Made by a program: the position numbers and the translations under genes
Notes under the pieces: model-generated
Database searches by the model: none
Told to the model about the DNA's origin: nothing
Seen by the model: only the letters and a program-made list of their open reading frames with translations
IMG/VR virus record: IMGVR_UViG_3300022719_000295
Span: 1-24,099 of that record
Length of the DNA stretch: 24,099 nucleotides
Reading direction: 5' to 3' (one strand)
DNA from: a virus
Taxonomy: Duplodnaviria; Caudoviricetes
In this document: one piece after another, positions 1-8,269 of the stretch
How positions within the stretch are numbered: position 1 is the first letter of the stretch
How the letters are laid out: each line of letters opens with the position of its first letter

Positions 1-1
1 T

Positions 2-202
2 ACCATTAACGTATTCACTAGCTTGGGTTATACGTATTATAATGAGCTGATATTGGTTACTAAGACCGGCTCGTTGCCCCTACGTGCTGGCAAGTATTTC
101 ACTACGTCTCGTAAGGTAGGAAAATCTCACCAGAATGTTCTGGTTTTTTGGAAAGGCGACACGAAAAACATAAGAGAGGTGTTTAAAGATGCAGAGGTCT
201 GA
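2..202 (+). CDS. 3' end of a phage DNA methyltransferase (N4/N6-type), truncated by the window edge; not in the ORF track
   Basis: Frame 2 is open from the edge to TGA at 200-202 and reads TINVFTSLGYTYYNELILVTKTGSLPLRAGKYFTTSRKVGKSHQNVLVFWKGDTKNIREVFKDAEV. YYNExIL..GSLPxRAG..F..SRKxGKxHQNVLVFxKG is a C-terminal signature I recognise from phage DNA methylases. Confidence 0.75.
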   Translation, partial: TINVFTSLGYTYYNELILVTKTGSLPLRAGKYFTTSRKVGKSHQNVLVFWKGDTKNIREVFKDAEV

Positions 203-1235
203 GTTGGTAAAGGCGTTAGAACTGGTGCAGCCAGCGTTGGCTAAGAAGGACTATATACCGGTATTCACACACTATGTGTTTGATGGGGAGAGGGTCACGG
301 GGTATAACGACCAGATTGCCATTTCAGTAGACTGCACACTGGAACTGGAGGGGTGCTTGCCGGGACACTTACTCTCTCTGCTGAAAAGCACCCCAGAGAA
401 TGAGGTAGAGCTTAGCTACGACCCTGATGGGAATTATGTATTTACCTGTGGTAGCAGCAAGTTCACCCTACCCTGCCTACCGCTAGAGGACGCGGTGTAT
501 AAGCGTCCTAAGAGCGGCAAGAAAAAACTTGAGTTAGAACAGAATTGGTTAAAGGGCTTGGGGCTGTGTCTGATCTCTGTTGACCCTAGCAACTTCTCGC
601 CCGAGAGGTATTGTGTGAATTATTTTGTTGCTAGCGGACAGTTGTATGGCACAGATGGGGTAACGATTAGTCATTTTGATTTGGAAACAACCTCAGAGTT
701 GGAGGAGATCTGCTATTTGCCAGAGGACTTTTGCAAGGCTGTATTGAGCATTGCTAGAGCGTTCGAGAAGGAGGGGTTAATACTTTACCTGACAAGGGAT
801 GGGGTGGTTGCCGACTTTGGCGAAGCCCATGTGTTCTGTAAATATGTGGGTGCTGATAAGCCCTTGGATTTTAATGCTGCAATAGAAAGGGCATTGGGAG
901 GTCAGGAGTCGTTAGAGTCGTTACCCTTGACAGAGGAGATACTGGCAGCCTTTAACCGTGCTCAGTTGCTACTCTCTGCCGAGACCGGTTTGTCGCAGGG
1001 TACAATTATTAAAGTAGCAGGGGCTGAGCTTTACCTGAAGAGTGTGAATAACTTAGGTAAAGTAGAGGACAGAATAACGACGGATGGTGATTATAACGAG
1101 ACCAATGTCAAGGTCTCTCCTAAACTCCTAAACAGAAGCGCGCAAGTGTGCTCACACATCTGTTTTGCGGAGAATTGTGTTGTAATGCACAACAACGATA
1201 ACTTCCACTACTACATAGCGACAATGGCGCTATGA
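189..1235 (+). CDS. dnaN: DNA polymerase III beta-type sliding clamp (DnaN-like)
   Basis: 348 aa, the size of a three-domain clamp. N-terminus MQRSELVKALELVQPALAKKDYIPVFTH resembles DnaN, and YGTDG matches the ATDG motif of domain 2. Lies beside the polymerase and clamp loader. SD-like GAGG upstream. Confidence 0.75.
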   Translation: MQRSELVKALELVQPALAKKDYIPVFTHYVFDGERVTGYNDQIAISVDCTLELEGCLPGHLLSLLKSTPENEVELSYDPDGNYVFTCGSSKFTLPCLPLEDAVYKRPKSGKKKLELEQNWLKGLGLCLISVDPSNFSPERYCVNYFVASGQLYGTDGVTISHFDLETTSELEEICYLPEDFCKAVLSIARAFEKEGLILYLTRDGVVADFGEAHVFCKYVGADKPLDFNAAIERALGGQESLESLPLTEEILAAFNRAQLLLSAETGLSQGTIIKVAGAELYLKSVNNLGKVEDRITTDGDYNETNVKVSPKLLNRSAQVCSHICFAENCVVMHNNDNFHYYIATMAL

Positions 1236-3742
1236 GCCTTTTCTTCTCGAATGAGAAACGTAAGGGACAACAACGGCGGTATGGTAGACCAGATGTAGAG
1301 ACCTTACACAAGATGGAGTGTAAGGCGTGTCCATTGGACACAGCCAAGGTGAATACGCCTAAGATGCCGCCTACAGGAGCGGAGGACCCTATGGTGTATG
1401 TATTGGGAGAGGCGCCGGGGGCACAGGAGGATAGTAAGGGGGAGCAGTTTGTTGGGCCTGCCGGTAAGCTGCTGCGTGATGCACTACCATCAAAGTACAA
1501 GAACAGGTTGCGATACAATAACGTAATTCGCACCCGCCCTCCGGGCAATCGGAATCCGATGTGGCAGGAGATTGAATGCTGTCGGCCGAGTATTGTACGG
1601 GACATAGAAAATACAAAACCGAAAGCGATTTTTGGTTTTGGCAACTTCCCCCTCAATTGGGCCTGTGGCGTAGAGGGTATATCCGCATGGCGCGGCCGGC
1701 GTATACCCGTCGACATTGGTAATCACACCTGCTGGTACTACCCGATGCTACACCCTGCTTATGTGTTGAGGCGGGTAAGTGAGCAAGAATCGAAAACAAG
1801 ACAAAAAGTAGGGGATGTGTACCAAACCCATGAGGGGATGGTGTTTAAGAACGACATACAGAAGGCGTTTGATGAGCTAGAAAAAGGCGAAATACCTTAT
1901 GTAGAGGGCGAGAAAGACTACCGTAACTTTGGGGACGTGATAACAGACGTTGAACAGGTTGAGGAGTGTTTAGAGCAGTTAACCGCCTACCCCGCAGTGG
2001 CTATTGATATAGAGACGAACGGTCTGAGGCCCTACAGAGAGGGCTCAAAGATTCTAACAATAGCTATTGGTACTTACAGCAAAGCTTTTGTCTTCCCCCT
2101 TCGGCACCGAGAGACACCGTTTAGCGAGCAGGAATGCGCGCGCATAGACAAGGCTATGCGTAAGTTCTTGCTTACGAGAAAGGGCACAGCGATTGCACAC
2201 AACTTGGCGTTTGAGATGGAGTGGCTTGCCTATTTTTATGGTCGTGAAATACTGCGGGCGCAGCGTTGGGATGACACCCAGGCGCAAGCCTATTGCATTG
2301 ATGAGCGGCGGGGAGTGCTAAGTCTGGATTTGCTGTGCTTGCAGTATTTCGGCTTTAACCTGAAGCCAGTTAGTAACCTAGACCGAGCTAACCTAGACCA
2401 AGAGTGTTTAGAAGATGTATTGATATACAATGCCTTGGACGTTAAATACACCTTCGCTTTGTACGAAGAGCAAGATGATAGGTTAGACAGAGAGGGTCTT
2501 AGGGACTTCTACGAAAAGGAGGCCCTGCGGCGCATCCCCACAATGGTGCTGGCACAGATGAGGGGGGTGTGTGTTGACCTAGAAGAGACCAAGCGCATAG
2601 ATAAGAAGCTGCGCGATGAGCTGGCAGCTATAGAAGAAGATATAAGAGCGAACGACGCAGTAGTCAGCTACGAGAAAGAGCAGGACGTGGAGTTCAACCC
2701 CAATACGCATAAGCATGTTGTGGGGTTGTTACGCGATAGGCTGGGGTTAATCAAAAACAGCGGTACAGGAGAGGAAGTGCTGAGGGGGCTAGACCACCCT
2801 GTGGCTGAGCAGATCCTTGAGTGGCGAAGGTACTCGAAACTACGCAGCACTTATGTAGATAAGATGTTAGCGAAAGGTGGGTATGTTTACCCTGATGGCC
2901 GCATCCACACTAACCTGAACACGATGTATACGGCGACTGGACGTTTGTCCAGTGATGAGCCAAACGTCCAAAACTTCCCCAAACGAAAAGACAAGTGGGT
3001 GCGGCAGCAAATTGTAGCGTCGCCAGGATGTGTATTGATTACGGCAGATTATGGCCAAATTGAACCCAGGGTTATAGCAGCGTGGTCAGGGGATCGGGTG
3101 CTAATAGACCTGCTCTGGCAGGACTATGACATACACCAACACTGGGCAGAGCGTATTGCAAAGGCGTACCCACAGATCCTTAAGGGACGGGACATGAAGT
3201 GGTTACGCCAGGAGACAAAGAGTGACTTTGTGTTGGCAGGCTTTTACGGTTCTGAAGCGCCAGCGATTGCGGGGAGGATGCGTATACCAAAAAGCATAGT
3301 AGAACGGCTATTGGAGGAGTTTTGGGATACTTTCAAAGGTGTCAAAAAGTGGCAAGAGGGGCTGATAAAGCAATATTGGTCAATGGGTTATGTGGAGTGT
3401 AAGACAGGGCGCAGACGGCACGCTCCGCTAACTGGCAACCGCATCATTAACACCCCTGTCCAGGGAACCGCTTCAGATGTTGTTGTTGACGCTATGAACC
3501 GCTTGTCTGAAGTGGCACAGGAAGAAGAGTTGTGGGAATTGCAGTCTATGATAAATATACACGATGATTTGATGTTTGATGTACCAGAGGAGGATGTTGA
3601 TGATTACCTAGAAATAATTGTCGAATATATGCTTAATGTGCCGTATAGCTTTATGAGGGTGGTGCCAATAAGCATTGAGGTAGCGTGTGGGTATAACTGG
3701 GCAGATACAGAGGATATAGGAAGGTTTGCTACTAATGAATAA
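1232..3742 (+). CDS. polA: Family A DNA polymerase with N-terminal family-4 uracil-DNA-glycosylase-like domain and 3'-5' exonuclease (SPO1-type architecture)
   Basis: UDG4 motifs CKACPL, GEAPGAQED..GEQFVGPAG, RPPGNRNP and HPAY. Exonuclease motifs DIET, HNLAFE and YNALD. Polymerase motifs TATGRLSS..PNVQN, motif A DYGQIEPR, motif B RQETK..FYG, NTPVQGTASD and motif C IHDD. ATGA overlap with the clamp gene. Confidence 0.95.
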   Translation: MSLFFSNEKRKGQQRRYGRPDVETLHKMECKACPLDTAKVNTPKMPPTGAEDPMVYVLGEAPGAQEDSKGEQFVGPAGKLLRDALPSKYKNRLRYNNVIRTRPPGNRNPMWQEIECCRPSIVRDIENTKPKAIFGFGNFPLNWACGVEGISAWRGRRIPVDIGNHTCWYYPMLHPAYVLRRVSEQESKTRQKVGDVYQTHEGMVFKNDIQKAFDELEKGEIPYVEGEKDYRNFGDVITDVEQVEECLEQLTAYPAVAIDIETNGLRPYREGSKILTIAIGTYSKAFVFPLRHRETPFSEQECARIDKAMRKFLLTRKGTAIAHNLAFEMEWLAYFYGREILRAQRWDDTQAQAYCIDERRGVLSLDLLCLQYFGFNLKPVSNLDRANLDQECLEDVLIYNALDVKYTFALYEEQDDRLDREGLRDFYEKEALRRIPTMVLAQMRGVCVDLEETKRIDKKLRDELAAIEEDIRANDAVVSYEKEQDVEFNPNTHKHVVGLLRDRLGLIKNSGTGEEVLRGLDHPVAEQILEWRRYSKLRSTYVDKMLAKGGYVYPDGRIHTNLNTMYTATGRLSSDEPNVQNFPKRKDKWVRQQIVASPGCVLITADYGQIEPRVIAAWSGDRVLIDLLWQDYDIHQHWAERIAKAYPQILKGRDMKWLRQETKSDFVLAGFYGSEAPAIAGRMRIPKSIVERLLEEFWDTFKGVKKWQEGLIKQYWSMGYVECKTGRRRHAPLTGNRIINTPVQGTASDVVVDAMNRLSEVAQEEELWELQSMINIHDDLMFDVPEEDVDDYLEIIVEYMLNVPYSFMRVVPISIEVACGYNWADTEDIGRFATNE

Positions 3743-4097
3743 TCTACAGTCACAAATAATCGAAGACGCGCTTAACAACTTGTGTAAGCTATGCAATGAG
3801 GCATCGGCGGGTAAGGGTTTTTGGGATGGGCAAGACGCCAAAGACATCACCGTAGCACTATCAAAACTTGCGTTAATGCACGAAGAGATTAGCGAAGCTT
3901 GCGATGCATTACGCAACGACCCCAACGCGGTAGATAAGCATGTGCCATGCGAGACGGTGTTAGCAGTGGAGTTTGCTGATGCGGTTATTCGAATCTGTGA
4001 CTATTGCGGAGCGCGCGGTATAAAGCTCGGCACTGCATTAATCAAAAAATACCACGCTAACCAGAACCGGCCACACATGCACGGGAAGTACGCTTAA
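3735..4097 (+). CDS. MazG-like all-alpha nucleotide pyrophosphohydrolase
   Basis: KLALMHEEISEACDALR...EFADAVIRICD fits the EExxE...ExxD metal-binding pattern, with a typical NxxRPxxHGK C-terminus. ATG at 3735 (with GGAAGG upstream) preferred over the TTG at 3726. Confidence 0.85.
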   Translation: MNNLQSQIIEDALNNLCKLCNEASAGKGFWDGQDAKDITVALSKLALMHEEISEACDALRNDPNAVDKHVPCETVLAVEFADAVIRICDYCGARGIKLGTALIKKYHANQNRPHMHGKYA

Positions 4098-5038
4098 TGG
4101 CTACGAATGACCTGCACACTGCGTACCGACCACAGAGCTTGGAGGAGCTGGTTGGCCACTCTAACGTAGCCGACTCTATACGCTCTGTAATAAAAGCAGG
4201 TCTAACCCATGCATTCCTCTTCACCGGCCCTAGCGGTGTTGGCAAGACTACGCTTGCGCGGATAGTAGCCAATATGACGGGTTGCGTGGAGGTGGTTGAG
4301 GTGGATGCAGCTACTAACACTGGGGTAGATGATATGAGACACGTCTGCTCTACCCTACCCTACAAAAGCTTTGGGCAGGGGAATAAGGCGGTGGTTGTTG
4401 ACGAGTGCCATCGTCTATCTGCTGCTGCTTGGGCAAGTATGTTGAAGGTATTGGAGGAGCCGCCAGAGCATGTGTATTGGCTGTTTTGTACCACAGATGC
4501 AGGCAAGGTGCCTGACACCATCCGCACACGCTGTGTTACATACGATCTACAACCCCTCCTAACAGCAGAGATTGCAGACTACTTAACTATGGTAGCGGAT
4601 GCAGAGGCATTCCCCTTAGAAGAGTCTGCAATTGAACTTATTGCCAAGAACGCCAACGGTAGCATGCGGCGGGCATTGGTAGACTTATCCCTCTGCGCGG
4701 GCTCGGCTACAACACGGGCAGAGGTAGCTAAGCTGTTAAAAAGTGCGGAGGGGAGTAAAGAGGTTATTGACCTGTGTAGATTCTTAGTCAAGCCACAGGG
4801 GCGAACATGGCCTAAAGCTATGCAACTAGTACAGCTTATGGGAGATGCAGCACCAGAAAGTGTGCGTATAATCATTACGCAATACTTCTCAAAGGTTGCG
4901 GCGGGTGCAAAGAAAGACCGAGATGCGGTAGAGGCGTTGCGCATTATCGAGGCTTTCTCCCAACCCTTTAACCCGACAGATAAACAGGCGCCACTGCTAC
5001 TAGCGTTAGCAGAGGTTATTTTTAGAGGAGAGGAATGA
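4097..5038 (+). CDS. dnaX: Clamp loader AAA+ ATPase (DnaX gamma/tau-like)
   Basis: LHTAYRPQSLEELVG, Walker A GPSGVGKTT, EVDAA, Walker B VVDECH, LKVLEEPP, TIRTRC (SRC-like arginine finger) and GSMRRA. TAATG-coupled to the MazG-like gene. Confidence 0.93.
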   Translation: MATNDLHTAYRPQSLEELVGHSNVADSIRSVIKAGLTHAFLFTGPSGVGKTTLARIVANMTGCVEVVEVDAATNTGVDDMRHVCSTLPYKSFGQGNKAVVVDECHRLSAAAWASMLKVLEEPPEHVYWLFCTTDAGKVPDTIRTRCVTYDLQPLLTAEIADYLTMVADAEAFPLEESAIELIAKNANGSMRRALVDLSLCAGSATTRAEVAKLLKSAEGSKEVIDLCRFLVKPQGRTWPKAMQLVQLMGDAAPESVRIIITQYFSKVAAGAKKDRDAVEALRIIEAFSQPFNPTDKQAPLLLALAEVIFRGEE

Positions 5039-5544
5039 TGAGTAGTTTGTTTGATGAATTGAAAGAGGGGTTAGCTATTGACCCCAACGATCTTGACAAT
5101 GCGTTGTTAGAACATCCTCAACTGTATTTCCAGATTTGCCAGGAATACTCAAAAGCCATATCACTACGTGACCAACGTAAGGATGAGCTCAAACAAGTAG
5201 ACGCCGGCCTGAACTTTAGTGTTCGAGAAGAGCTTAGCAAGGTAACTGAGTCTATTGTGACTGCTGCCATTGATGGTCATGATCATCATATTAACGCCTT
5301 GCGTGCTTACAGAGAGGCGTCATTGAGGGCAGATGAGTGGGGAAACCTAAAAGCTGCTTTTGAGCAGCGGTCCTATGCGCTGCGGGAGTTTGTTGATCTA
5401 TACGTCGCTAGCTACTCACAACAAACCGCTATAGCAGGTCCAGCGCACGTAGCGGAGGAGAGGGAGGCGCAAAATACACGAGGGGCTTTAAACAAAGATA
5501 GACAGTCTAGAAGGGGCAAGAAAAAGCTTAGTAAGGCTAGCTAA
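5035..5544 (+). CDS. Helical protein, probably a UvsY-like recombination mediator
   Basis: All-helical pattern LAIDPNDLDNALLEHPQLY...KVTESIVTAAI...AFEQRSYAL. Position ahead of SSB and RecA/UvsX supports the call. Confidence 0.55.
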   Translation: MMSSLFDELKEGLAIDPNDLDNALLEHPQLYFQICQEYSKAISLRDQRKDELKQVDAGLNFSVREELSKVTESIVTAAIDGHDHHINALRAYREASLRADEWGNLKAAFEQRSYALREFVDLYVASYSQQTAIAGPAHVAEEREAQNTRGALNKDRQSRRGKKKLSKAS

Positions 5545-5548
5545 CCCT

Positions 5549-5734
5549 ATGAGTCTAGCTTTTATCAGTCCAACGAATCCTGTCTTAGCGGTAGTATTGC
5601 TGCTGCTTAGCGTATGTCTGTTGTACGGCGTGACCTACATTGTAACTCTAGCAGTCAGTGATGCCTATTTTAGGGCGCGCTACACATTTTTGATGAAACT
5701 ACATGGAGTCTTAAATGAACAAAAGAAGCAGTAA
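5549..5734 (+). CDS. Small single-pass membrane protein, unknown function
   Basis: 61 aa with a long hydrophobic stretch VLAVVLLLLSVCLLYGVTYIVTLAV. Fills the gap between flanking co-oriented genes. Confidence 0.6.
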   Translation: MSLAFISPTNPVLAVVLLLLSVCLLYGVTYIVTLAVSDAYFRARYTFLMKLHGVLNEQKKQ

Positions 5735-6677
5735 GAAGAAGCGTTTCGAGTACAAGCCCCGCACCCGTGAGCAGTTGAAGAAGCGGGCAGAGGCTAGAAC
5801 CGGCTCATACGACTCTTACCTAAGCGACCAAGTGTCGCTCTTTAAGGTAAAGAGCGATGTTGAATATACCATTCGCATCCTCCCCCCGACTTGGGAGGAT
5901 GCAGAACATTATGGTTACGATGCGTTTGTACATTATGGGATTGGGGCAGATGACAATAGTTATATCTGCCCGAAGCACCACGGTGGTGGTAACTGTCCGA
6001 TTTGCGATGAACGTGAACGTGCAGACGCGAGGGGCGACGAAGAGTATGCGCGTGAACTTGCCCCAACTAAGCGGGTGTTGTGTTGGATAATTGATAGGGA
6101 AAACGAGGAGGATGGTCCTATTGTTTGGGGGATGCCACAAACGGTGGACAAAGAGATTGCCCGTAGGGCTACGGGTAAGGGGACTAATGAGGTCTTGCCC
6201 ATTGATGACCCAGAGGACGGTTATGACGTAGACTTCGCCCGGGAGGGCACTGGGTTTAAGACTAAGTATGTGGGCATTGAGATTGCGCGGAGGTCGTCCC
6301 CGCTGCACGATGATCCGGAGGTGGTAGAGGCTTGGTTGGATTACGTTGTTGAGAATCCGCTGCCAGACCTGCTGGTGGTGCACGACTATGACTACATCAA
6401 CAAAGTCTTTGCGGGCTCTGTGGCCACAGAGTCAGAGGCTGAGGAAGAAGGTGAGGAGGAAGAAGAGGAAGAGAAGCCAAAGCGTATCCGTCCAAAAAGG
6501 GGTAGCGCCAAAAAGCAGGTAGAAGAAGAGGAGGAGGAGGACGAGGACGATGAAGAGGACGAGGCCCAAGAAGAGTCAGAGGCTGAGGAAGAAGGTGAGG
6601 AGGAAGAAGAGGAAGAACCTACACGCCGGTCTGCTAAGAGCACCCTTAACAAGCTGCGTAGCCGTAGGAGGGGCTAA
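5715..6677 (+). CDS. T4 gp32-like single-stranded DNA-binding protein with long acidic tail
   Basis: IRILPP, HYGIG..YICPKHHGGGNCPIC (Zn site), DPEDGYDV..REG.G.KTKY, a Glu-rich C-terminal region, SD GGAG, and location directly upstream of recA. Confidence 0.85.
   Translation: MNKRSSKKKRFEYKPRTREQLKKRAEARTGSYDSYLSDQVSLFKVKSDVEYTIRILPPTWEDAEHYGYDAFVHYGIGADDNSYICPKHHGGGNCPICDERERADARGDEEYARELAPTKRVLCWIIDRENEEDGPIVWGMPQTVDKEIARRATGKGTNEVLPIDDPEDGYDVDFAREGTGFKTKYVGIEIARRSSPLHDDPEVVEAWLDYVVENPLPDLLVVHDYDYINKVFAGSVATESEAEEEGEEEEEEEKPKRIRPKRGSAKKQVEEEEEEDEDDEEDEAQEESEAEEEGEEEEEEEPTRRSAKSTLNKLRSRRRG
6428..6616 (+). repeat. Perfect 45-bp direct repeat (6428-6472 and 6572-6616) in the SSB tail
   Basis: agagtcagaggctgaggaagaaggtgaggaggaagaagaggaaga occurs twice, 144 bp apart and in frame, encoding ESEAEEEGEEEEEEE twice. 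Confidence 0.95.
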
Positions 6678-6682
6678 GTTAA

Positions 6683-7735
6683 ATGCCTAAGCCAAAGATG
6701 AACAAAGGGGGCTCATCGCCCCCGACCTCCGCCGGCCTGTACTTTGTCGGCGGCAACACAAAGACTAGCTTTATACGCAGTGGGAGCAGCCTGCTCGACT
6801 GCGTTCTAGGCGGTGGCTGGGCTTTGGGTAGGGTGGTAAACGTAGTCGGCGATAAGTCCACTGGTAAAACCCTCTTGGCCATGGAGGCGGTGTCTACCTT
6901 TTTGGCCGACTACGAGTCGGGGGTTGTGTTTTACGGAGAGACGGAGGCGGCGTTTGACCGTGATTACGCTGCTGCTTTAGGCATACCTGTGGGGGAGATT
7001 AACTTTGTAGATGATCTCTTTACAGTAGAAGACCTGTTTGATGTTCTAGATAAGATCCTCGATGATCTCGATAAAAACAAAAGCGATCACCCCGTGCTGT
7101 TTATCGTAGATTCCTTGGACGCACTGTCTGATAAAGCAGAGCTGGACAGGGACATTGACAAGGGCAGTTATGGGGCGCAGAAAGCGAAGAAGATGTCAGA
7201 GCTATTTAGGAAGCTCAACAAGCGGCTAGCAAATCACAATTTCTGCTTCATGGTAATATCACAAGTACGCGACAATATCAACGCCATGTTTGGCCGCAAG
7301 ACTACACGCTCTGGCGGGCGCGCTATGGACTTCTACGCCTCGCAGGTGCTGTACCTTGCGCAGGTGAAAACCCATAAGAAGACTAAGAATAAAGTGGAAC
7401 GGCCCGTGGGTGTCCGCATTAAGGCTAAGTGCGATAAGAATAAAATTGCACTTCCTTTTAGGGAGTGTGAGTTTGATATCATGTTTGGCTTTGGAGTGGA
7501 CGATTTACGGGCCAACGTGGAGTGGCTTGATGCTGTGGGGAAGTACGCGAAACTCACCGACCAACCCAAGAAGGACTATTTGAAGAATGTCGAGGAACTA
7601 CCAGACGATCTATACTTCGATGAGGTGGACCGAATTGGTAACCTCGTCAAAGAGGTGTGGTCGGAGGTCGAGGCGACGTTCCTCCCAACGAGGCAAAAAC
7701 AACGTGGGCGCAAAGAGCAAGCAGAAAGGGGCTAA
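6683..7735 (+). CDS. recA: RecA/UvsX-family recombinase
   Basis: SGSSLLDCVLGGGWALGR, Walker A GDKSTGKT, Walker B IVDSLDAL, ISQVRD, SGGRAMDFYAS and KNK..PFRECEFDI.FG.G. SD GGAGG upstream. Confidence 0.95.
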   Translation: MPKPKMNKGGSSPPTSAGLYFVGGNTKTSFIRSGSSLLDCVLGGGWALGRVVNVVGDKSTGKTLLAMEAVSTFLADYESGVVFYGETEAAFDRDYAAALGIPVGEINFVDDLFTVEDLFDVLDKILDDLDKNKSDHPVLFIVDSLDALSDKAELDRDIDKGSYGAQKAKKMSELFRKLNKRLANHNFCFMVISQVRDNINAMFGRKTTRSGGRAMDFYASQVLYLAQVKTHKKTKNKVERPVGVRIKAKCDKNKIALPFRECEFDIMFGFGVDDLRANVEWLDAVGKYAKLTDQPKKDYLKNVEELPDDLYFDEVDRIGNLVKEVWSEVEATFLPTRQKQRGRKEQAERG

Positions 7736-8252
7736 TTTTGAGCGGATTGTTTGCCGTAAGCTGTCACTGTGGATAAGTCAAAACAAATATAGCGATCTGT
7801 TTTGGCGGAGCGCCATGTCGGGCGGTCGCGCCACTTTGGCGTTAAAGAGTGGGGAGGTGGCGGTTACGGGCGCTGGGGACATTAGCTCTGTCCACTCCCT
7901 TGGATTTGTGTTGACGGAGCATTTCAGCGTCGAATGCAAGGCGTACAAAGAGCTTCAGTTCCGTAACTTGATTTACGATAAGAAGTCCGGCCTACCAGAC
8001 TTCTGGGTACAGACACGTGGGGATGCGACGAGGCAGGGTAAAAAGCCCCTTTTGGTAGCGAAACGAAACAACATGCCAGCGGTGCTGTGTTTAGATGGTG
8101 CTGGGGTTGAGGCGTTGGCTGTGAGTGAGGATTGGTTAAGGGCCTACTTTTACCGCCAGGGTATGTACATGATGCTGTTCGACACCTTCCTTACCCACGT
8201 TGATCCCAATAAGCTATTGGCGCTACAGCCCGATCCGCTAAAGATATTATAG
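7704..8252 (+). CDS. Holliday junction resolvase (Hjc-like PD-(D/E)xK nuclease)
   Basis: SKQKGANFER..., RSAMSGG, GDI and VECK. The likely start is GTG at 7704 (GAGG upstream) rather than 7587, which lies deep inside recA. Confidence 0.8.
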   Translation: MGAKSKQKGANFERIVCRKLSLWISQNKYSDLFWRSAMSGGRATLALKSGEVAVTGAGDISSVHSLGFVLTEHFSVECKAYKELQFRNLIYDKKSGLPDFWVQTRGDATRQGKKPLLVAKRNNMPAVLCLDGAGVEALAVSEDWLRAYFYRQGMYMMLFDTFLTHVDPNKLLALQPDPLKIL

Positions 8253-8269
8253 CCCTAGGAGTTGGTGAC

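Noticed and set aside
6428-6616. 45-bp repeat considered as a CRISPR array, att site or DGR template/variable repeat
   Set aside because: Only two identical in-frame copies in a low-complexity coding tract, with no adenine-specific mismatches and no cas, integrase or reverse transcriptase gene nearby.
7587-7703. N-terminal extension of the resolvase ORF
   Set aside because: It overlaps recA extensively. The family motif begins just after GTG 7704, which has an SD-like sequence.
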